From Gloeobacterales cyanobacterium (GTDB taxonomy: Bacteria; Cyanobacteriota; Cyanobacteriia; Gloeobacterales; PMM-0068): 64,000 nt of DNA. The notes beneath the pieces were generated by a model. That model saw only the letters and a list, made by a program, of their open reading frames with translations. It made no database searches and had not been told where the DNA came from. The stretch spans positions 38,728-102,727 of the forward strand of contig JBBRSB010000014.1 of NCBI GenBank assembly GCA_038245785.1, written 5' to 3'. Shown one piece after another: positions 28,739 to 38,800 of the stretch. The translations under genes were made by a program, and so were the position numbers. Numbering within the stretch: the first letter of the stretch is position 1; every line of letters begins with the position of its first letter.

Positions 28739-30220
28739 ATGGAATTTGTTGCAAAGAATATTTCCCTAAACCAGTACCAAGGGGATGCCTTGGCGGTGGG
28801 ATTATTTGAGGGATCTAGCCAAGAGGCCCTAGAACTTTTGAACCAAGAAAGTGGAGGACTTGTTCAGGAAATCCTCGACGAAGAAAAGTTCACGGGTAAA
28901 AAAGATACTAAAGTCACGGTCCGGATGCCGAAGGGCCAATCGGTCAAACGGCTCTATGTCCTCGGTCTCGGCAAAGAAGAAGACTACACCCTAGACAAGA
29001 TTCGTATTGCTGCCGCCAGTGCGGCTCGTCTTGCTAAGGCGAATAAGCACAGCTCTTTGGCACTATCTTTGCCCACTGTTTCCAGTGAGTCGGCTGACAG
29101 CATTACGGCTCAGGTGGAAGGGGTAAGCCTTGCCATGCATACCTTTGAACAGTTCAAGTCCAAGAAACAAGAAAATGGAGACGAAGAGCCAACGGTTCAA
29201 CTCCAACAGATCACGATTCTCACCCAGGAAGAGGGAGCTGCTGCCATTGCTAAAGGAGAATCTATTGTCCGGGGCACGCTGCTTGCCCGTGAACTGGTTT
29301 CTGCTCCCAGTAACTTTGTAACCCCTTCAAAAATGGCTCAAGAAGCGCAAAAAATGGCCGAGTCTTTGGGCCTAGGCGTGAATATTTTAGACCGTACTCA
29401 GTGCGCTGCTTTGGGGATGGGCGCTTTTCTAGGCGTGGCCCAAGGTTCCGACGAACCCCCTATGTTTATCCATGTGTACTACAAGCCAGACCATGCTCCA
29501 CGCCGCCGCTTGGCTTTTGTTGGGAAGGGCGTCACCTTTGATACCGGCGGCATTTCGATCAAACCAAGCAGCGGTATGGAAATGATGAAGACGGATATGG
29601 CCGGAGCTGCTGCTTGCCTTGGAGCGATGCAGGTGATTGGAGAACTGAAGCCCGATGTGGAAGTCCACTGCGTAATACCAGCTACGGACAATATGCCTTC
29701 TGGCAAAGCAATCAAACCCAGCGATATTCTGGTCGCTTCCAATGGCAAAACGATTGAAGTTGACAACACCGATGCAGAAGGGCGGCTCATCCTCTCCGAT
29801 GCTTTGGTCTACGCTGAGAAGTTAGAGGTGGATGCCATTGTTGACTTGGCGACCTTAACGGGAGCGGCTTTGGTGGCCCTAGGCAGCAGCATTGCCGCCC
29901 TCTACAGCAAAGATGACAAGCTGGCCAGTCAGATTGAAGAGAGCGCTCTAAAGGCTGGAGAAAAGTTCTGGCGCATGCCCCTCGAAGATGAGTATTTCGA
30001 ATCGATGAAGTCGCTGGTGGCCGATATGCGCAATATCGGGGGCAAGTACGGTGGCTCGATTACAGGGGCTTTGTTCTTACAGCAGTTTGTAGAAAAAACT
30101 CCTTGGGCACACCTTGATGTGGCAGGTCCTGTCTGGTCTGACAAGGAAAAGGGCTATCTAAATCGGGGAGGGACAGGGTTTGGCGTACGTACCTTGGTGA
30201 ATCTAGCGCTGGCTGAGTGA
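28739..30220 (+). CDS. pepA: Leucyl aminopeptidase
   Basis: VGKGVTFDTGG, MKTDMAGAA, NTDAEGRLIL, DLATLTGA; ATG 28739 with GAGGA RBS. Confidence 0.95.
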   Translation: MEFVAKNISLNQYQGDALAVGLFEGSSQEALELLNQESGGLVQEILDEEKFTGKKDTKVTVRMPKGQSVKRLYVLGLGKEEDYTLDKIRIAAASAARLAKANKHSSLALSLPTVSSESADSITAQVEGVSLAMHTFEQFKSKKQENGDEEPTVQLQQITILTQEEGAAAIAKGESIVRGTLLARELVSAPSNFVTPSKMAQEAQKMAESLGLGVNILDRTQCAALGMGAFLGVAQGSDEPPMFIHVYYKPDHAPRRRLAFVGKGVTFDTGGISIKPSSGMEMMKTDMAGAAACLGAMQVIGELKPDVEVHCVIPATDNMPSGKAIKPSDILVASNGKTIEVDNTDAEGRLILSDALVYAEKLEVDAIVDLATLTGAALVALGSSIAALYSKDDKLASQIEESALKAGEKFWRMPLEDEYFESMKSLVADMRNIGGKYGGSITGALFLQQFVEKTPWAHLDVAGPVWSDKEKGYLNRGGTGFGVRTLVNLALAE

Positions 30221-30381
30221 CCCCCTGCTTGAGGTTCTGGTTCGCTGACCCCTCGTAAAAATGGAGATTAAAGCAATCCATGACCAGCCCCCCTCAAGGG
30301 GGGGGCCAACGGGGGTCTGCTTCCAATCTGTGCTTCTAGGACTGTTACTCTGTAGAACACCATCCCGTTCTTTTGATTTTT

Positions 30382-31242
30382 ATGCGGAGTTTTCGTCTCG
30401 TCCTCCTTTGTCAGGACCAGCAGGCCATTATTGCTCGGATTTCTCGCTGGATTGCTGACCAGGGCGGGAATATTGTCAGTTCTGACCAGCACTCTACAGA
30501 CCCTTTTGGGGGAACGTTTTTCCTGAGGACTGTATTTGTGGTCGAGAAAGATCTGAGCCAGATACAAGTCCAGGAGAGATTCCGGGGCTTCATTGCAGCC
30601 ACGGGCTGGGAGGGTGCTTACTGGCGTCTGGTAGCAGAGGATGAACCGAAACGAATGGCAATTTTGGCCTCTAAGCAAGCCCACTGTCTCCTAGACTTGC
30701 TTTGGCGCGTTCGCAGTCAAGAACTGCCAGCCGTGGTCCCCTGTGTCATCTGCAACCATCCAGACCATGAGCAAATCGTAGAGAGTCTAGGCTTTAGCTA
30801 TTACTATGTGCCAGCTACGCCTCAAAACAAGCCAGAAGCAGAAACTAAAATCCAAGAAATTTTAGACAAAAATCGGATTGATTTAGTAGTCCTTGCCCGC
30901 TATATGCAGATTCTTAGCCCTGAACTGTCAGAGCGCTATGCGGGCCACATGATCAATATTCATCACTCGTTTTTACCTGCTTTCAAAGGCGCTAATCCCT
31001 ACAGCCGAGCGAAAGAGCGGGGGGTGAAGCTTGTGGGAGCGACAGCCCACTATGTGACAGCAGATTTGGACGAAGGCCCGATTATTGAACAAGATACTAT
31101 TCGCGTAACGCACCGCGACAACATTGAAGACCTACGACGCAAGGGCGCAGACATTGAACGACTCGTGCTGGGAAGAGCCGTACGTTGGCATTTAGAAGAT
31201 CGAGTACTGATTGATGGAACCCGCACCGTCGTGTTCACCTAG
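30382..31242 (+). CDS. purU: Formyltetrahydrofolate deformylase
   Basis: ACT domain, then LARYMQIL, INIHHSFLP.F.GANPY, GVKLVGATAHYVT.DLDEGPIIEQD. Confidence 0.96.
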   Translation: MRSFRLVLLCQDQQAIIARISRWIADQGGNIVSSDQHSTDPFGGTFFLRTVFVVEKDLSQIQVQERFRGFIAATGWEGAYWRLVAEDEPKRMAILASKQAHCLLDLLWRVRSQELPAVVPCVICNHPDHEQIVESLGFSYYYVPATPQNKPEAETKIQEILDKNRIDLVVLARYMQILSPELSERYAGHMINIHHSFLPAFKGANPYSRAKERGVKLVGATAHYVTADLDEGPIIEQDTIRVTHRDNIEDLRRKGADIERLVLGRAVRWHLEDRVLIDGTRTVVFT

Positions 31243-31370
31243 GCGTTTATGCACGAAAATGCATTCCTGTAAAGTTACTCACGAACAAAAAGTTGTAAAT
31301 TTTTGTATAATGTAGAGGTATTCCGGTGGGATGGTTGGTCCATCCTAACTAGTGTGGAGGAGTACTACCT

Positions 31371-31727
31371 ATGCAAGACTCGTCATTTCATGAAGAAGCA
31401 GCCCCTGTTGCTCCCAGTGAAGGTCCCAGTCCAGAAATGTTGTACCAGTGGTATCTGATGGCCGGAGGCAAAGAGACCTATAGCCATCTTGTAGATTGCG
31501 TAATTGATGCTCATAGGAATTTCCCTGAGCAATATGTGGGGATTTCTGTAAAAGAGTCCTTGTACTACCTGCTTAGAGCAATGGTGTTCACCCAAGGCAA
31601 TTCATTGGATGAACTAGTCCGTATCGCCGAGCAGTACGAAGCAGAAATGATGGCTAAGCTTCCCCCTGATATTCAAGAGTTCTGCCGTGAATTTCGCAAG
31701 ATGCTGGATGAAGGACAAGCAGCGTAA
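31371..31727 (+). CDS. Hypothetical protein, tandem paralogue 1
   Basis: GGAGGAG RBS, TATAAT upstream; highly similar to the two following ORFs. Confidence 0.8.
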   Translation: MQDSSFHEEAAPVAPSEGPSPEMLYQWYLMAGGKETYSHLVDCVIDAHRNFPEQYVGISVKESLYYLLRAMVFTQGNSLDELVRIAEQYEAEMMAKLPPDIQEFCREFRKMLDEGQAA

Positions 31728-32021
31728 GACTACTGTCCTGTGACAAGATCCTTGTGCCGTCTCAACGGCGGCCATAGGATTCTCTATGAACTGTTTTCTG
31801 CACAGTTATCCAAATAACGTCCCAATAAGCCTTCTCAGGTTTCTAGGATGTTTAATTCTTTGTGCTTACCTAGTTTTACGAATCATTCTAACTATATGCT
31901 GACCTTTTCACCTGCTAATTCACCTCTTTTGAAAGAGGCCTGTTTATAAGTTTTTCTATAAACTAAAAATATTCCGGTTGGGTGACTAATTCATTCTAAC
32001 CAACATGTAGGAGTACACTCT

Positions 32022-32396
32022 ATGCAAAGCCTATCTAACAATCAATCAAAGAATCCGGAGGAAGCAGTAGATACTGTTGCTTCTAATGAAGGTCCGAGTC
32101 CAGAAGTGCTGTACCAGTGGTATTTGATGGCCGGGGGGAAAGAGTCCTACAGCGACCTTGTAGATAACGTGCTTGATGCTCGGAGGAATTTCCCTGAGCG
32201 ATACGAGGGGACCACTGTAAAGGAGTCCCTTTACTATTTGCTCAAAGCTATGCTTTTCACTCAAGGCCATACGCTCGATGAACTAGTCTATATCGCCAAG
32301 CAGTACGAAGCAGAATTGATGGCTAAGCTTCCTCAACATCTTCAAGAGTTCTGCCATGAATTCCGCACGATGCTAGATGAAGGACAAGCAGCATAA
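32022..32396 (+). CDS. Hypothetical protein, tandem paralogue 2
   Basis: AGGAG RBS; shared core EGPSPEVLYQWYL.AGGKE...KESLYYLL.AM.FTQG...LDEGQAA. Confidence 0.8.
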   Translation: MQSLSNNQSKNPEEAVDTVASNEGPSPEVLYQWYLMAGGKESYSDLVDNVLDARRNFPERYEGTTVKESLYYLLKAMLFTQGHTLDELVYIAKQYEAELMAKLPQHLQEFCHEFRTMLDEGQAA

Positions 32397-32650
32397 TATG
32401 GTTTCCGAACAAGATCCTTATGCCGTCTAAATGGCGGTAGTAGGATTCTCTGTGGACTGTTCTCTTGGTAGTTATGCGCCTAACATCTTAGGAAATCTTT
32501 AGTAGTTGCAGATGTTTGAGAGTGTCACTCTACCTAAAGTAATCAGACGCTTTTTTAGTAAATAAATGTTAAAACCAAAAAAAATAACCTATAGAACCGA
32601 AAGATTTTTCAATGACAGTATATTTTCAATCGTTATATTTGAGTAAAGCA

Positions 32651-32742
32651 GTCTAACCGTTGAACTCACCGGACACAAATAATCTTTCAATCTCATCAGA
32701 AATTGCTTGATCTTCAAGTTGCGGTGCAGCAATTAGTTAGGT
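32651..32742 (+). other. Solitary integron attC-like site
   Basis: R'' GTCTAAC (RYYYAAC) and R' GTTAGGT (GTTRRRY), 92 bp overall; inner arms CTCACCG / CGGTG(C)AG pair with one unpaired base. Confidence 0.65.
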
Positions 32743-32819
32743 CGTTGTTTGCTAGTTTCCCGAGGATCGTTATAACGCTGTCATATTTCACAGATCGCGA
32801 GTAAACAGGAATACTATCT

Positions 32820-33194
32820 ATGAAAAGCTCGTCTCTTAATCACTTAAAGAATCTGGAGGAAGCAGCTACCTCTGTTGCTTCCAGTGAAGGTCCGAGTCCA
32901 GAAGTGCTGTACCAGTGGTATTTGAGGGCAGGAGGCAAAGAGCTCTACAGCGACCTTGTAGATAATGTGCTTGATGCTCGGAGGAATTTCCCTGAGCGAT
33001 ACGAGGGGACCACTGTAAAGGAGTCCTTGTACTACCTGCTCAAAGCTATGATTTTCACCCAAGGTCATACGCTCGATGAACTAGTCCATATCGCCGAGCA
33101 GTACGAAGTAGAAATGATGGCTAAGCTTCCTCAATATCTTCAAGAGTTCTGCCATGAATTCCGTAAGATGCTAGATGAAGGACAAGCAGCATAA
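32820..33194 (+). CDS. Hypothetical protein, tandem paralogue 3
   Basis: Nearly identical to paralogue 2 in the core; different upstream region following the attC-like site. Confidence 0.8.
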   Translation: MKSSSLNHLKNLEEAATSVASSEGPSPEVLYQWYLRAGGKELYSDLVDNVLDARRNFPERYEGTTVKESLYYLLKAMIFTQGHTLDELVHIAEQYEVEMMAKLPQYLQEFCHEFRKMLDEGQAA

Positions 33195-33277
33195 TACGGT
33201 TTCTTAACAAGTTCCTAATACCAGCTTAACGGCGGCCATAGGATTCTCTATGAACTGTTTTCTTTACAGTTATCCGC

Positions 33278-35485
33278 CTAACGTCCCAGTAAGCCCTCGG
33301 CAAGAAGGCGGAGTCCACTTTTCTCATGAGATTTGCTTTGCGCAACTGTAAGGGGTACAAGTTTCACCGCACAGGCTTTCAGTTCAGGCTGTAGGGAATC
33401 AGGGTCTACGGCTGGATGGGTCAGGGCATTGGCTTCGGCTTGGTCTGCCCAGAGTGCTCCCCAATGCATGGGCACAAAAACCGTCCCAGGCGCAATCGAC
33501 CGCGTAATCGTAACAGGAAAACGAGCGGTTCCTCTCCGGGTTTGCACTTCTAACCAGTCTTTGTCTTGTACGCCAATAGTTCTCGCGTCGCGGGGATGGA
33601 CTTCAATGAAGGGATTGGGATGCATCTTCCGTATTTTTTCAACCCGGCCTGTACGGGTTTGAGTATGCCAATGCCCATAGAGGCGACCTGTGGTTAGGAC
33701 GTAGGGATAGTCGTCATCGGGAGGTTCTGCCAGTCCCTTGGAATGATAGGCCGCAAAACGAGCCCGTCCGTCCGCCGTCGGAAATCTTAGGTCTGTGTAG
33801 AGTCTTGCAGAATCTTCTACTGTAGAACCAGAATCAGGGCAGGGCCACTGGCGAGGGCCTTCTGCTGCTAAACGGGCATGGCTCAAACCGGTCATATCAC
33901 AGACGCGACCACGGGTAGTCTGCACAAATTCACTATAGACTTCGGCACTATTTTTAAAGGTAAACTGCTCGCTAAAGCCAAGACGACGGCCAACTTCGGC
34001 AAAAATTTCCCAGTCGGCGCGGGCTTCTCCCTTGGCTTTACGGAAGGCTGGGCACAAAGTAACCCGTCGCTCTGAATTGGTCATCACCCCTGCTTTTTCA
34101 CTCCACTGGCTTGCAGGGAGGAGGACATGGGCATAGGCTGCGGTTTCGGTAGGGTAGTAGGCATCTTGATAGACCGTGAACGGCGAGCGCTTCAGGGCCG
34201 CTTTCGTACGGTCTAAATCAGGGAAACTGACCGCTGGATTGGTGGCGGCAATCCACAGAAAACCCACTTCATCAGCTTCTAGGCCAGTGATGATGTCCCA
34301 AGCAGCACGTCCTGGATGGGCAGAAATTTGGCCTGGCTTCAAACCCCAAAACTCTTCCATCTCTGCCCGGTGCTCTGGATTTTTTATCATCCGGTAGCCA
34401 GGGAGCAAATGGGAAAGTCCCCCTGCTTCTCTTCCGCCCATCGCATTTGGTTGGCCCGTCAGGGAAAAGGGTCCGGTCCCCGGTTTCCCAATTTGTCCGG
34501 TCATCAAGTGCAGATTGATAATAGTCCGTACTTTAGCAGTTCCTTCTGAGGATTGGTTGACGCCCATGGACCAGAGCGAAAGTACCTTTTCAGACTGCCC
34601 CCAATATCGAGCGGCAGTCTCCAAATCTTTTACTTCGATGCCGCAGCGGCGAGCAACGATATCCGGAGGATAGCTCTTGAGTACATCGGCATAGGCTGGG
34701 AAGTTGCTGGTGCAATCGTCAATAAATAGGGCATCCCAATAACCCCACTGCATGAGTAGGTAAGCGATACCGTTAAGCAGGTCAATATCTGTCCCCGGTT
34801 GGATCGCTAAATGTAAATCAGCCGCTTCTGCCGTGGGCGTGCGGCGGGGGTCTACCACCACCATTTTTACTTTGCGATTTTTCTTGCGGTGCTTTTGCAA
34901 GCGGTTAAACAAAATCGGATGGCACTCCGCCGTATTCGTGCCAATTAGAAAAGCACAATCGGTTTCATCCAAGTCGTCATAGGAGCAGGGTGGGCCATCG
35001 GAACCAAAGCTTTGGATATAGCCAGCCACCGCAGAGGACATACAGAGGCGGGAATTGGCATCAAAGTTATTCGTGCCGAGACAGCCTTTCATTAGCTTTT
35101 GGGCAATGTAGTAGTCTTCGGTTTGGAACTGACCAGAGCCATACATGCATAGGCCATCAGGCCCCTGAGTGTACCGGACAGTCTGAATACGATGGACAAT
35201 CAGTTCAAGAGCTTCTTCCCAACTCGCTTGTCGAAAAGGTTTATCTAGAGAATCGCGCACCATCGGATTGAGCAGACGGTCCTTATCGAGGGATTCTGCA
35301 ATCGTCGCGCCCTTCACGCAAACCATGCCTTGACTGGAAGGATGGTCCCGGTCGCCGCGTACTTTCCAAATCGGATTCCCAGCGCTATCACGGTTGGTTT
35401 CTCGTCCAGGTTGAGAAGGAGGAGCCACTTCCAAACCACACCCAACACCGCAGTAGGGACACAGCGTTTTGGTGGTATCGGTCAT
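33278..35485 (-). CDS. narB: Ferredoxin-dependent nitrate reductase
   Basis: [48 protein letters not shown]. Confidence 0.96.
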   Translation of the reverse strand: MTDTTKTLCPYCGVGCGLEVAPPSQPGRETNRDSAGNPIWKVRGDRDHPSSQGMVCVKGATIAESLDKDRLLNPMVRDSLDKPFRQASWEEALELIVHRIQTVRYTQGPDGLCMYGSGQFQTEDYYIAQKLMKGCLGTNNFDANSRLCMSSAVAGYIQSFGSDGPPCSYDDLDETDCAFLIGTNTAECHPILFNRLQKHRKKNRKVKMVVVDPRRTPTAEAADLHLAIQPGTDIDLLNGIAYLLMQWGYWDALFIDDCTSNFPAYADVLKSYPPDIVARRCGIEVKDLETAARYWGQSEKVLSLWSMGVNQSSEGTAKVRTIINLHLMTGQIGKPGTGPFSLTGQPNAMGGREAGGLSHLLPGYRMIKNPEHRAEMEEFWGLKPGQISAHPGRAAWDIITGLEADEVGFLWIAATNPAVSFPDLDRTKAALKRSPFTVYQDAYYPTETAAYAHVLLPASQWSEKAGVMTNSERRVTLCPAFRKAKGEARADWEIFAEVGRRLGFSEQFTFKNSAEVYSEFVQTTRGRVCDMTGLSHARLAAEGPRQWPCPDSGSTVEDSARLYTDLRFPTADGRARFAAYHSKGLAEPPDDDYPYVLTTGRLYGHWHTQTRTGRVEKIRKMHPNPFIEVHPRDARTIGVQDKDWLEVQTRRGTARFPVTITRSIAPGTVFVPMHWGALWADQAEANALTHPAVDPDSLQPELKACAVKLVPLTVAQSKSHEKSGLRLLAEGLLGR

Positions 35486-35534
35486 CGGGCTCCTCCTTAA
35501 CGTGGGTTAAAACGTGGCTGCGCTTACTAGACTT

Positions 35535-35603
35535 GCCCCCCTGCCCCCCAACTGTGGAGGGTTCTGACCTCAAAGTCCCCAAGTATTGGGGGATTTAGGG
35601 GGC
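35535..35603. repeat. G/C-run palindromic dispersed repeat (second copy of 22397-22464)
   Basis: GCCCCCCTGCCCCCCAACTGTGGAGGGTTCTGACCTCAAAGTCCCCAAGTATTGGGGGATTTAGGGGGC between nrtP and narB. Confidence 0.75.
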
Positions 35604-35625
35604 TTTCTTAATTCATGCAGGAGCT

Positions 35626-37116
35626 TTACTCTTGCTGGGATGCACCAACTGGACTGAACACAGGTTCAGCATGTGCCTCGGCAAAGGAACCTTGAGGTTC
35701 TTGCAGGAATAAGGCACAAACACCTGCACACGCGATAGCTGATATAGACATCGTAGTGAAAAGCGTGGAAGCATCCGTCAAGCTGAATACCGTTAGGAAG
35801 ATTACTCCACCAAAATTTCCGTAGGCACCCACGTTACCAGCAATTTGCCCAGTAATCCGCTTCTTAACTAGCGGCACCATCGCAAAGGTAGAACCGCATC
35901 CAGCCTGGGCAAAGTAGGAGCAGAACATGGTGACGGCGATGGCCAAGGGCAAGGCCCAGCCTGCATTGATTTGACTCATGAGCAAATAACCAACGCCCAC
36001 ACCCAAAGTCAAAAACGTCATCGTCCACTTACGGCTGCCAAATTTGTCAGAAATCAAACCACCGCTGGGACGGGAGATCAAGTTCAAGAAGGGATAGCAG
36101 GCGGCAATCGTACTAGCTGTGACTGCATTGAGGGCGAAAGTTTTCTCGAAGAAAGCAGGCAGCATTGAGACCACGGCCAGCTCTGAACCAAAAGTGACAA
36201 TGTAGGCAAATTCCAAAACGGCAACCTGGGTAAAGGCATAGCGGTCACCTTCTGGATAGGTTTTGGTGCCTGCGAGCAGCTCTTTGTTTACTTCCCAGGC
36301 TTTGTAGCTCTGGAAGGCGAAAAGCGCCGCCAGACAAGCCCAGGTGATATACATCTGACTGGCGTTCAAGAAATGGATTTTGGGTGAGGCCAAACGCCAA
36401 GCGAAAAGCGCCAAAGCCAGAACCAAACCAAGGTTGGAGAGGAGCATCGCCCAGAAGCTTTTGACGCTGGTGACTTCCATCGCTCCACTTTTCTTGGGCC
36501 GCTGATAGATTTCACCGTCTGGGGTGTCCTGCGTATTGAAGAAGTAGAACACGCCATAGGCAGCAGCGATCACTCCGGTCAGGATAATAGCAAAGCGCCA
36601 GTTAGAGGCTCCTGCGCTGAAGGTAGCGGTGACAACCGCCAGTGTGGGCAATATCAATCCCGCAGCTGCAGCGCCAAAATTGCCCCAACCTCCATAAATG
36701 CCTTCCGCAAGACCGACTTCTTTTGGATTGAACCATTCTGAAACCATCCGAATACCGACCACAAAGCCCGCGCCGACAATTCCCATTAGAAGCCGACTAG
36801 CCACCAATTGGTTGAAGTCTTGGGCGGCAGCAAAGGTCAAGCAAGGAATCAAGGCGAACATGAGCAGACTAGAAAATGTGATTCTCGGGCCAAAACGGTC
36901 GAGGACCATGCCAATGATAATGCGGGCCGGAATGGTCAAAGCCAGGTTGCAAATGCCTAGAGTTTTAACCTGCACGGCACTTAGACCCAATTCTTTTTGA
37001 ATCGTGGTTTCAAAGGGTGCGAAGTTAAACCAAACAACAAAGGTTAGGAAGAAGGCAAACCAGGTGAGGTGCAGGATACGGTATCGGCCACTGAAGGACC
37101 ACATTTCTTTAAGCAT
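35626..37116 (-). CDS. nrtP: MFS nitrate/nitrite transporter (NrtP/NRT2)
   Basis: RILHLTWFAFFLTFVVWFN, AEGIYGGWGNFG, FGSELAVVSMLP, GQIAGNVGAYGN; directly upstream of narB. Confidence 0.93.
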   Translation of the reverse strand: MLKEMWSFSGRYRILHLTWFAFFLTFVVWFNFAPFETTIQKELGLSAVQVKTLGICNLALTIPARIIIGMVLDRFGPRITFSSLLMFALIPCLTFAAAQDFNQLVASRLLMGIVGAGFVVGIRMVSEWFNPKEVGLAEGIYGGWGNFGAAAAGLILPTLAVVTATFSAGASNWRFAIILTGVIAAAYGVFYFFNTQDTPDGEIYQRPKKSGAMEVTSVKSFWAMLLSNLGLVLALALFAWRLASPKIHFLNASQMYITWACLAALFAFQSYKAWEVNKELLAGTKTYPEGDRYAFTQVAVLEFAYIVTFGSELAVVSMLPAFFEKTFALNAVTASTIAACYPFLNLISRPSGGLISDKFGSRKWTMTFLTLGVGVGYLLMSQINAGWALPLAIAVTMFCSYFAQAGCGSTFAMVPLVKKRITGQIAGNVGAYGNFGGVIFLTVFSLTDASTLFTTMSISAIACAGVCALFLQEPQGSFAEAHAEPVFSPVGASQQE

Positions 37117-37290
37117 GAGGACGCTCTCCGAATTCTTACTTAAGGACATCCTTGAACGGGGTCTAGCTAGTTAGGACTAGGAAGTGCAGGGTGGTATGGA
37201 GTGCACTTTGACCCGATTGCGTTTTTGTTATCAAAAAGAGGATGCCGCATGTATGCAAGTACAGCGAACACGATGTAGAGCGTCCGAAAT

Positions 37291-37304
37291 GTATTTTTTG
37301 TAAC
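37291..37304. promoter_or_regulatory. Possible NtcA-like site upstream of nrtP-narB
   Basis: GTA-N8-AAC (GTAttttttgtAAC), one mismatch to GTA-N8-TAC; no canonically spaced -10 seen. Confidence 0.3.
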
Positions 37305-37706
37305 GGAATATTCAGGGATCAGCAATGAGGTTATAGTTCTGATACGGAAAACGCATCAAGACTTAAAAGATTTCCGGTTGGACACAAGGAGATGTGGGCA
37401 CTATTGTTGGAAAGTGTCTTGTTCTTCTCCTTAGTTTGCTATGTAGAGATACCTCGAAAGAGATATCTCTATTTTTTTGCAGGGGACTGCAGGACTAATT
37501 ATTTGTTCTTGCGCGGACTATCAATTTTTTACAAAGGCTCAGCACTGTAAAGTCCTGTCTTATAAGCAGATTCACTAATTAAAAAAGTTTTCATAGATCA
37601 CAAGAATACGATAGCGAAATAACTTTTCGGGTAACAATTATCTCCAAATGGCATTCTTTTCTAGGCATATAGCCATGATATTTGCCATCTAGAGAATTAG
37701 AGCTAT

Positions 37707-38339
37707 TCAAGTTACCTGTGTGGGTAATTTGCTCGTGAACAGATAGAACGCAGCCCGTAAACAGTGAAAAACACCGATCAGAAACAGGCATATAGCCAAG
37801 GTCACTAAGTAAATTTCTACCGGTTTTTCTAGGAAGTAAATAGTAAGAGCCATAAGTCCACCAAGCATTATCCAGAATACTGCCTGCAAGAATGCAATCA
37901 TGGCAGCTTCATAGATAGCGAGTTTATGGTGGGCATTAGCGGTATCGGCCAAGATATAGGCAACACTTCCAGGGCATCCCCGCTTTACTAATTCAGCAAA
38001 GATTATATGAGATGAAAAGTTTTGATTAGTTAGATTCTCTGTGAAGGAAACCATTTCTTCCATAAAAACATTTACTTCTTCCTCATCTTCAAGGCTACTC
38101 TCTTCCATTTCCTCGGAAGAAGCATTTGCTCTCAAGATTGCATCATAGGCACGTCGCGTTTCTTCATCACCAAGGACGCTATACGCTTCTTCCACGCGCC
38201 TTAAGTGCTCTTCTAAAGCTTTATTCCTATTCCCTCTACCAGGATGAAGCTGGAGTGCCTGTTGTCTATAAGCCTGCTCAATTTCGGCTGCAGTTGCAGC
38301 CATCTTTAAATCAAGAACACCATAATAAGTATGTTGCAT
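37707..38339 (-). CDS. DnaJ-domain membrane protein
   Basis: YYGVLDL...EIEQAYRQQALQLHPG...EAYSVLGD...RRAYD (HPG instead of HPD); two C-terminal TM helices. Confidence 0.8.
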   Translation of the reverse strand: MQHTYYGVLDLKMAATAAEIEQAYRQQALQLHPGRGNRNKALEEHLRRVEEAYSVLGDEETRRAYDAILRANASSEEMEESSLEDEEEVNVFMEEMVSFTENLTNQNFSSHIIFAELVKRGCPGSVAYILADTANAHHKLAIYEAAMIAFLQAVFWIMLGGLMALTIYFLEKPVEIYLVTLAICLFLIGVFHCLRAAFYLFTSKLPTQVT

Positions 38340-38639
38340 CTCTTTCTGCTCAAGCGTTCTTTTGTTAGTGCTATCGCTACTCCTCTATAACAAATATTCC
38401 CACCGAGATCCCCGGCTTGATAAAGGACTTATAAGCGATATAAAAATTAAATATAAACTCTGTCTATAACATCAGTATATCTATCTAAGTAGTCTCACTT
38501 TCTCTGTCACCTACTGTCACTTACAATGATAGTCTTTCGCCTGATTTTTGGACATCAAGATGAAGGAAATGTAAAGGTGGAAATGGCCGCAAAGATGAGT
38601 TTGTTCGAAAATAATTTTGGAACCCATAGGGGAGATCGT

Positions 38640-38800
38640 CGTTCGCTTTTTAGGAATTCAACGGTATATCCAGGCATCTACAGCCCTGCTTGCTGCTTTA
38701 GTTGTTCTTAGGAAATAGTAGCTTGTTGGTTTTCTGGATCTGCTTCTGCCTGAATAGCCTCTTTTAGATCCAATTGGTCTTCTAAAGCTTCTAGGTCTAC
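38640..38800 (-). pseudogene. Decayed RelBE-like toxin-antitoxin remnant
   Basis: DLEALEDQLDLKEAIQAEADPENQQATIS*EQLKQQAGL* (stop in place of the expected W), followed directly by MPGYTVEFLKS, a RelE-like start that then degenerates. Confidence 0.55.

Noticed and set aside
31371..33280. Possible CRISPR array or multi-cassette integron in the repeated region
   Set aside because: The repeats are whole genes with UTRs, not short repeats with unique spacers. Only one full attC-like site is present; the GCCTAAC motifs at 32478 and 33276 have no matching R' arm.
37355..37412. Possible DUF4926 fragment (QDLKDF/GWTQGDVGTIVG)
   Set aside because: Under 20 codons with a frameshift; too short to support.
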